Below, one piece after another: positions 27,684-32,000 of a stretch of DNA of 32,000 nucleotides; within the stretch, counting starts at the first letter, position 1; every line of letters begins with the position of its first letter. Position numbers and translations under genes: made by a program. The notes under the pieces were generated by a model. The model made no database searches. It saw only the letters and a list, made by a program, of their open reading frames with translations, and was not told where the DNA came from. The DNA lies in assembly GCF_000020385.1 (NCBI RefSeq), contig NC_010814.1, positions 1,020,001 to 1,052,000 on the forward strand. The letters are read 5' to 3'. The stretch comes from Trichlorobacter lovleyi SZ (GTDB lineage Bacteria; Desulfobacterota; Desulfuromonadia; Geobacterales; Pseudopelobacteraceae).

Positions 27684-27918
27684 ATCCAGGCCGCCATTTT
27701 TTAAATGGACCCAGTTGCTGTTCCTGGAGCAACTGGCCGGGTACCTGACAACCCTTACAGCCGGTTCCCACTGGCGTATACCTCCAGAAGTTACTGGGCC
27801 ATACCAATCTATTGCAAATCGTGCTATAGATATCGATCCTTAAAATCTGGCTGCTACCTGCCAGCTGGATAATCTGAAGCAGCACCTTCTTCTACCTGAA
27901 AGGAACACGTTTACTACC

Positions 27919-29088
27919 ATGGGAGTCTATTCAAATACCGTCAGTTTTGCCCAGTACCGCGTGAACGGAGAACTACCCCAGCAGCAGGAGCGCTTTGAAT
28001 GGCTGTCCGCTGCGCTGCAGGGACGGATCTTCAAATCCATTGAGCAGTCTGCTGAAGAGCAGACCGAAGGCTGGACCTGTACCGATGCCACCGATGACCC
28101 TGCCTTTGTGGCACCGGGAGAGTTCTGGCGTGACCGCTACCTGTTCTTCAGCTACCGCCGTGATCAGCGCCGGATCCCTTCTGCGCTGCTGAAATCCCAC
28201 ATCGGCCGGGCTGAGGCTGATTACTTGGCCAAGCGGCCTGAACTGAAGCGTCCGCCCAAGCGTGAGCGGGAGGAGATTGCCGACCGGACCAAGCTGGCGC
28301 TTTTGACCCGCGCCCTGCCTGCCCCTTCTACCGTGGATCTTTCCTGGCATATGGATAACGGCCTGCTGACCCTGTTTTCATCATCAGGCAAGGTGATGGA
28401 GCGGTTTGAGGAGCTGTTTGGCAAGAGTTTTGAGAACCTGCGGGTGCAGGTGATCTACCCCTATAGCCGGGCCAAGGCGCTGCTTGACGAGGCTGGTCAG
28501 GAGAAGTTGGCTGCCCTGAATCAGGCCGGTTCCGATGCTGCTCTGGATGAGATCCAGAGTAACCGCTGGCTGGGGGAGGAGTTCCTGCTCTGGCTGCTGC
28601 ATGGCGGTCTGGAAGGTGAAGGGTTCAAGGTCTGCACCAAGGGGCAGTTTGATAACGGCACCCCGTTTTCTGCCTGGATTGACGACAAGATCCAGCTGCA
28701 GGGTGGCGGTGAAGGCGGGCCGCAGAAGGTGGCGGTGTCCGGCTCACAGGACAAGTATCTGGAGGCCCGTTCCGCGCTTACCACCGGCAAGGCGATCAGC
28801 AGTGCGGTGATCCACCTTGAAAAGGATGAGCTGGAGTGGCGTTTTGCGTTGAATGCGGAGCTGTTTACCTTCAGTTCCTTCAAATGTCCACCGGTGAAGG
28901 TGGAGCGGGAAGGGGTGGAGGATCTTTCGGAGCGTGAATCTGCCTTTTACGAGAGGATGTACCTGCTGGAGGCAGGGCTGCAGATGTTTGACAGCCTGCT
29001 GCTGCAGTTTCTGCAGCAGCGCCTGGGTGATGGCTGGCAGACCAGATTGCAGGAGATTGCAGACTGGCTGGAAGGGGAGCAGGCATGA
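27919..29088 (+). CDS. rdgC: RdgC-like recombination-associated protein (extended, 389 aa)
   Basis: Collinear resemblance to E. coli RdgC as I remember it: N-terminal ...FAQYRV, GW..., RRIPSALLK, a basic [11 protein letters not shown] segment, LLTRALP, and the C-terminal acidic/helical region. The stop overlaps the obg ATG (ATGA 29085-29088). Confidence 0.65.
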
Positions 29089-30101
29089 AGTTTATTGATG
29101 AGGTAACCCTGCACTGTGCCTCCGGCCACGGCGGGGCCGGCTGCGTCTCGTTCCGGCGGGAGAAGTTCATCCCCTTTGGCGGCCCTAACGGTGGTGACGG
29201 CGGCCGGGGTGGTGACCTGATCTTTGAGGCCACCAAGGCGCTTTCAACCCTGCTGGAACTGCGGCATAAACAGCATCAGAAGGCAGAGCGGGGCAGGCAT
29301 GGCATGGGCAAGGACCGCCACGGTGCTGCCGGTGAGGATCTGATTGTCAAGGTGCCGGTGGGTACCCTGATCAAGGATTTCGAGACCGGTGAGGTGCTGG
29401 CTGACCTGACCGAGGATGGCCAGCGGATCATTCTGCTGAAAGGTGGACGGGGCGGCCAGGGCAATGCCCGTTTTGCCACTGCCACCAACAAGGCCCCCAA
29501 GTTTGCCCAGCCGGGTGAAGAGGGTGAAGAACGCAAGCTGCGGCTGGAGCTGAAGCTGATGGCTGATGTTGGTCTGCTGGGGCTGCCCAATGCCGGTAAG
29601 TCATCGCTGATCACCAAGGTCTCTGCGGCCCGCCCCAAGATTGCTGATTACCCCTTTACCACCCTGGCCCCGTCGCTGGGGGTGGTGGGGTACAAGAATT
29701 ACCGTTCCTTTGTGATGGCTGATATCCCCGGCATTATCGAGGGGGCCCATGAAGGGGCAGGTCTGGGGCACCGCTTTCTAAAACACCTGGAACGTTCCGG
29801 TATCCTGGTGCATCTGGTGGATATCTCCGGCCTGCCGGAGAGCGATCCCTATGCCGCCTTTGAGGCGATCAACCGTGAGCTGGCCATGTTTAGCGAAGAG
29901 TTGGGGCAGAAGGCCCAGATTGTGGGCCTGACCAAGATGGATCTGCCCACGGCCCAGGAACATCTGACCGAGGCACAGGCCTGGTTTCAGGAACGCAAGA
30001 TCCCGGTCTATCCGATCTCATCCATGACCGGTGAAGGGGTGGAGGCGCTGCTGGATGCCATTGCCGAGCGTCTCTGGGCTGCCCCCAGGGAGGAGTGGTG
30101 A
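29085..30101 (+). CDS. obg: GTPase Obg/CgtA
   Basis: Gly-rich Obg fold MKFIDEV...[14 protein letters not shown]1 [10 protein letters not shown]3 [10 protein letters not shown]4 TKMD. Confidence 0.96.
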
Positions 30102-31231
30102 TGCGCAGGGGGCTGTTGCAGCAGGTCCGCAGGGTAGTAATCAAGGTGGGCAGCCGTGTCCTGACCGTTGAGGGGGGCGGGCTTGATTATGACGCCATTT
30201 CCCGGCTGTGTGACGAGATGGCCGGGCTGCGCCAACAGGGGATCGAGGTGATTCTGGTCTCATCCGGCGCTGTTGCTGCCGGGCGTGATGCCCTGCGTTC
30301 AGCTGATACCACCCTGACCATACCGCAGAAGCAGGCTGCTGCTGCGGTGGGGCAACCGCTTCTGATGCAGGCCTACCAGCAGGCCTGTACCCGCCATGGA
30401 CTGGTGACGGCCCAGATCCTGCTGACGGCCGAAGATCTGGCCAACCGCAACCGTTTCCTGAATGCCCGGACCACCCTTGAGGCGCTGCTGACTGCCGGTG
30501 CCCTGCCGGTGATCAATGAGAACGATTCCGTTGCCGTGGCTGAGATCAAGTTTGGCGATAATGACAACCTCTCCGCCCTGGTGACCAGTCTGGCAGAGGC
30601 AGACCTGCTGCTGATCCTGACCGATATTGAGGGGCTCTACAGTGCCAACCCTGCCAGTGATCCTGATGCAGAGCTGATCCCGCTGGTGCGCAGCATCACC
30701 CGCGAGATCGAGCGGATGGCCGGCGGCAGCGGCTCAAACGTCGGTACCGGTGGTATGGCCACCAAGGTGACGGCAGCCAAAAAGGCAGCCCGTTTCGGGG
30801 TACCCACCATTCTGGCGCCGGGCAAACAACCGGGGGTGATCACTGCTGCGGTCAGTGGCCAGGAGATCGGCACCCTGTTCCTGCCTGCCACTGACGGCCT
30901 GAACCGCCGCAAGCACTGGATCGCCTATACCCTGCGTCCGGCAGGCAAGGTGCTGGTGGATGCAGGGGCGCAGAAGGCGTTGGTTGAAAAGGGTACCAGT
31001 CTGCTGCCATCCGGCATTACCGGTGTGGAAGGCCGTTTTGAACGGGGTCGCTGTGTACGGATCTGTGGCCCGGACGGGACAGAAATTGCCAGAGGATTAG
31101 CGGATTATTCCAGTAGTGAGATTCAACTGATAGCAGGTCACAAATCTGCGGAGATTGAGCAGTTGCTGGGCTACCGCTACGGTGATGATGTAGTACACCG
31201 GGATAATCTGGTGTTGATGACCCATAGTTGA
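30101..31231 (+). CDS. proB: Glutamate 5-kinase with C-terminal PUA domain
   Basis: VIKVGS amino-acid-kinase N-terminus, [17 protein letters not shown], and a PUA segment at the C-terminus. The ATG at 30101 shares one nt with the obg TGA (TGATG). Confidence 0.94.
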   Translation: MRRGLLQQVRRVVIKVGSRVLTVEGGGLDYDAISRLCDEMAGLRQQGIEVILVSSGAVAAGRDALRSADTTLTIPQKQAAAAVGQPLLMQAYQQACTRHGLVTAQILLTAEDLANRNRFLNARTTLEALLTAGALPVINENDSVAVAEIKFGDNDNLSALVTSLAEADLLLILTDIEGLYSANPASDPDAELIPLVRSITREIERMAGGSGSNVGTGGMATKVTAAKKAARFGVPTILAPGKQPGVITAAVSGQEIGTLFLPATDGLNRRKHWIAYTLRPAGKVLVDAGAQKALVEKGTSLLPSGITGVEGRFERGRCVRICGPDGTEIARGLADYSSSEIQLIAGHKSAEIEQLLGYRYGDDVVHRDNLVLMTHS

Positions 31232-31384
31232 GGCTATTCCAATTCCATTTCAAGGCGCTCTCTTCGTTGGCTCGTCTTTGGCTCCTCAGTGTACTGCGTG
31301 TACGCCTGCCTCGCCGAACTCCTCGCCGCCTTGATATCATCCTTGAACTGGAATCGGATAACTCTATTGGCGGAATATAGAAAA

Positions 31385-31417
31385 GCCCCTGATCATGACT
31401 GGTCAGGGGCTTTTGGT
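31385..31417. terminator. Bidirectional rho-independent terminator
   Basis: gcccctga...tcaggggc stem, flanked by aaaa on the left and tttt on the right. It lies between the proB stop (+) and the stop of the convergent partial gene (-). Confidence 0.8.
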
Positions 31418-31441
31418 TACCTACAACAATGCGGTGAAGAA

Positions 31442-32000
31442 CTAGGGCTGTTTTGCCTTTACCGTAAAGGCTGCACCGTTGAAACTCTCTTTTACCTGCA
31501 GTGCGGTCTGCAGTACCTCTACCATGCCTTTGGCGGTCTTGCCTGCTGCATCAGGTCTGACAACAACCTTCAGACTGCGCTCAACCAGATTACCTGATGC
31601 TACGGCATCAATGCGGCAGGCGGCCAGCTGTTCGTTTTCAATCCAGCAGCCATTGCCGCCGGCATCGGTCAGCTTCAACTGCTGGGGCAGGCTGATCCGC
31701 AGATCGATCTCTTTGGCCGCCTTTGAACCCACATTCAGCAGGGTGACTTTGTAGCTGCCAGCCTCTCCTGCTACGGCGGTCTGCTGCAGGCGGGATACGG
31801 CACGCAGCAGCGGCGCTGCGGCGGTTATGGTCAGTTCTTTCGACTTGCTGATGTCATTAAACCTGGTTGAGGTGGCCTTGGCCGTGGCGGTAATCCGCGA
31901 TCCATCAACCCGGTCGCTGGGCATCTTGAAGGCGATCAGCAACTCGGCCTGTTGACGGGGCTGCAGGGTAATCTTCTGGACCGGCTGGGTGCGGTCAGCA
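31442..32000 (-). CDS. C-terminal part of a larger protein with beta-sandwich (DUF11/CARDB-like) repeat character; runs off the window end
   Basis: The frame stays open from 31942 up to nt 31999, with no stop in ADRTQPVQKITLQPRQQAELLIAFKM.... The alternating pattern SYKVTLLNVGSKAAKEIDLRISLP is typical of adhesin-like Ig/CARDB domains. Confidence 0.5.
   Translation of the reverse strand, partial: ADRTQPVQKITLQPRQQAELLIAFKMPSDRVDGSRITATAKATSTRFNDISKSKELTITAAAPLLRAVSRLQQTAVAGEAGSYKVTLLNVGSKAAKEIDLRISLPQQLKLTDAGGNGCWIENEQLAACRIDAVASGNLVERSLKVVVRPDAAGKTAKGMVEVLQTALQVKESFNGAAFTVKAKQP

Noticed and set aside
27514-27885. ORFs 27514..27843 (+, 109 aa) and 27673..27885 (-, 70 aa) in the long spacer between the VOC gene and rdgC.
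   Set aside because: The first begins antisense inside the VOC gene. Neither has a recognisable SD or any motif. The region is more plausibly a promoter/leader for the two divergent genes.
31296-31307. 10-mer cagtgtactg in the proB 3' region is the reverse complement of cagtacactg at the IS right end/junction (24801-24810), considered as a solo IS end or second target.
   Set aside because: Three of the ten bases in the IS copy belong to the target duplication rather than the element, no further IR sequence matches around 31300, and a single 10-mer match is compatible with chance.

Overview
The window reads as a chromosomal segment from a high-G+C, Geobacter/Desulfuromonadales-like bacterium; this taxon call is an inference from gene content and protein signatures only. 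Most of it is tightly packed housekeeping genes. These are ileS (5' partial)-lspA, mutL-miaA-hfq, prmA-rsmE, a PpsR-like regulator, an OmpR-type response regulator, htrA, a NapH-like Fe-S membrane protein, an adenine/adenosine deaminase with an alpha/beta hydrolase, and rdgC-like-obg-proB. Several pairs are translationally coupled by ATGA or TGATG overlaps.

The non-ordinary part is a lower-G+C mosaic block at about 21.4-27.9 kb. Hand-counted 60-nt lines there give 33-50% G+C, against 62-65% in flanking core genes. The block holds a split periplasmic flavocytochrome (a six-CXXCH cytochrome c plus an FAD flavoprotein). It also holds an intact IS481-family element with perfect 27-bp inverted repeats and a 7-bp target duplication, inserted about 60 bp upstream of the cytochrome gene. 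The remaining genes are a DUF1697 gene, an extra signal peptidase I, a start-less (apparently 5'-truncated) ORF and a PhnB/VOC-like gene.

Other points worth a second look:
- a MutY-like HhH-GPD protein without the Fe-S loop or NUDIX domain
- an orphan DUF2201 VWA protein
- a CsgG-like lipoprotein next to a small beta-barrel OMP
- a PDZ-radical SAM DUF512 protein
- a zinc-ribbon protein with repeated F-x-F-D motifs

I saw no rRNA, tRNA or CRISPR array. I cannot point to a recognisable complete defence or novel multi-gene system. The candidates below are hypotheses.
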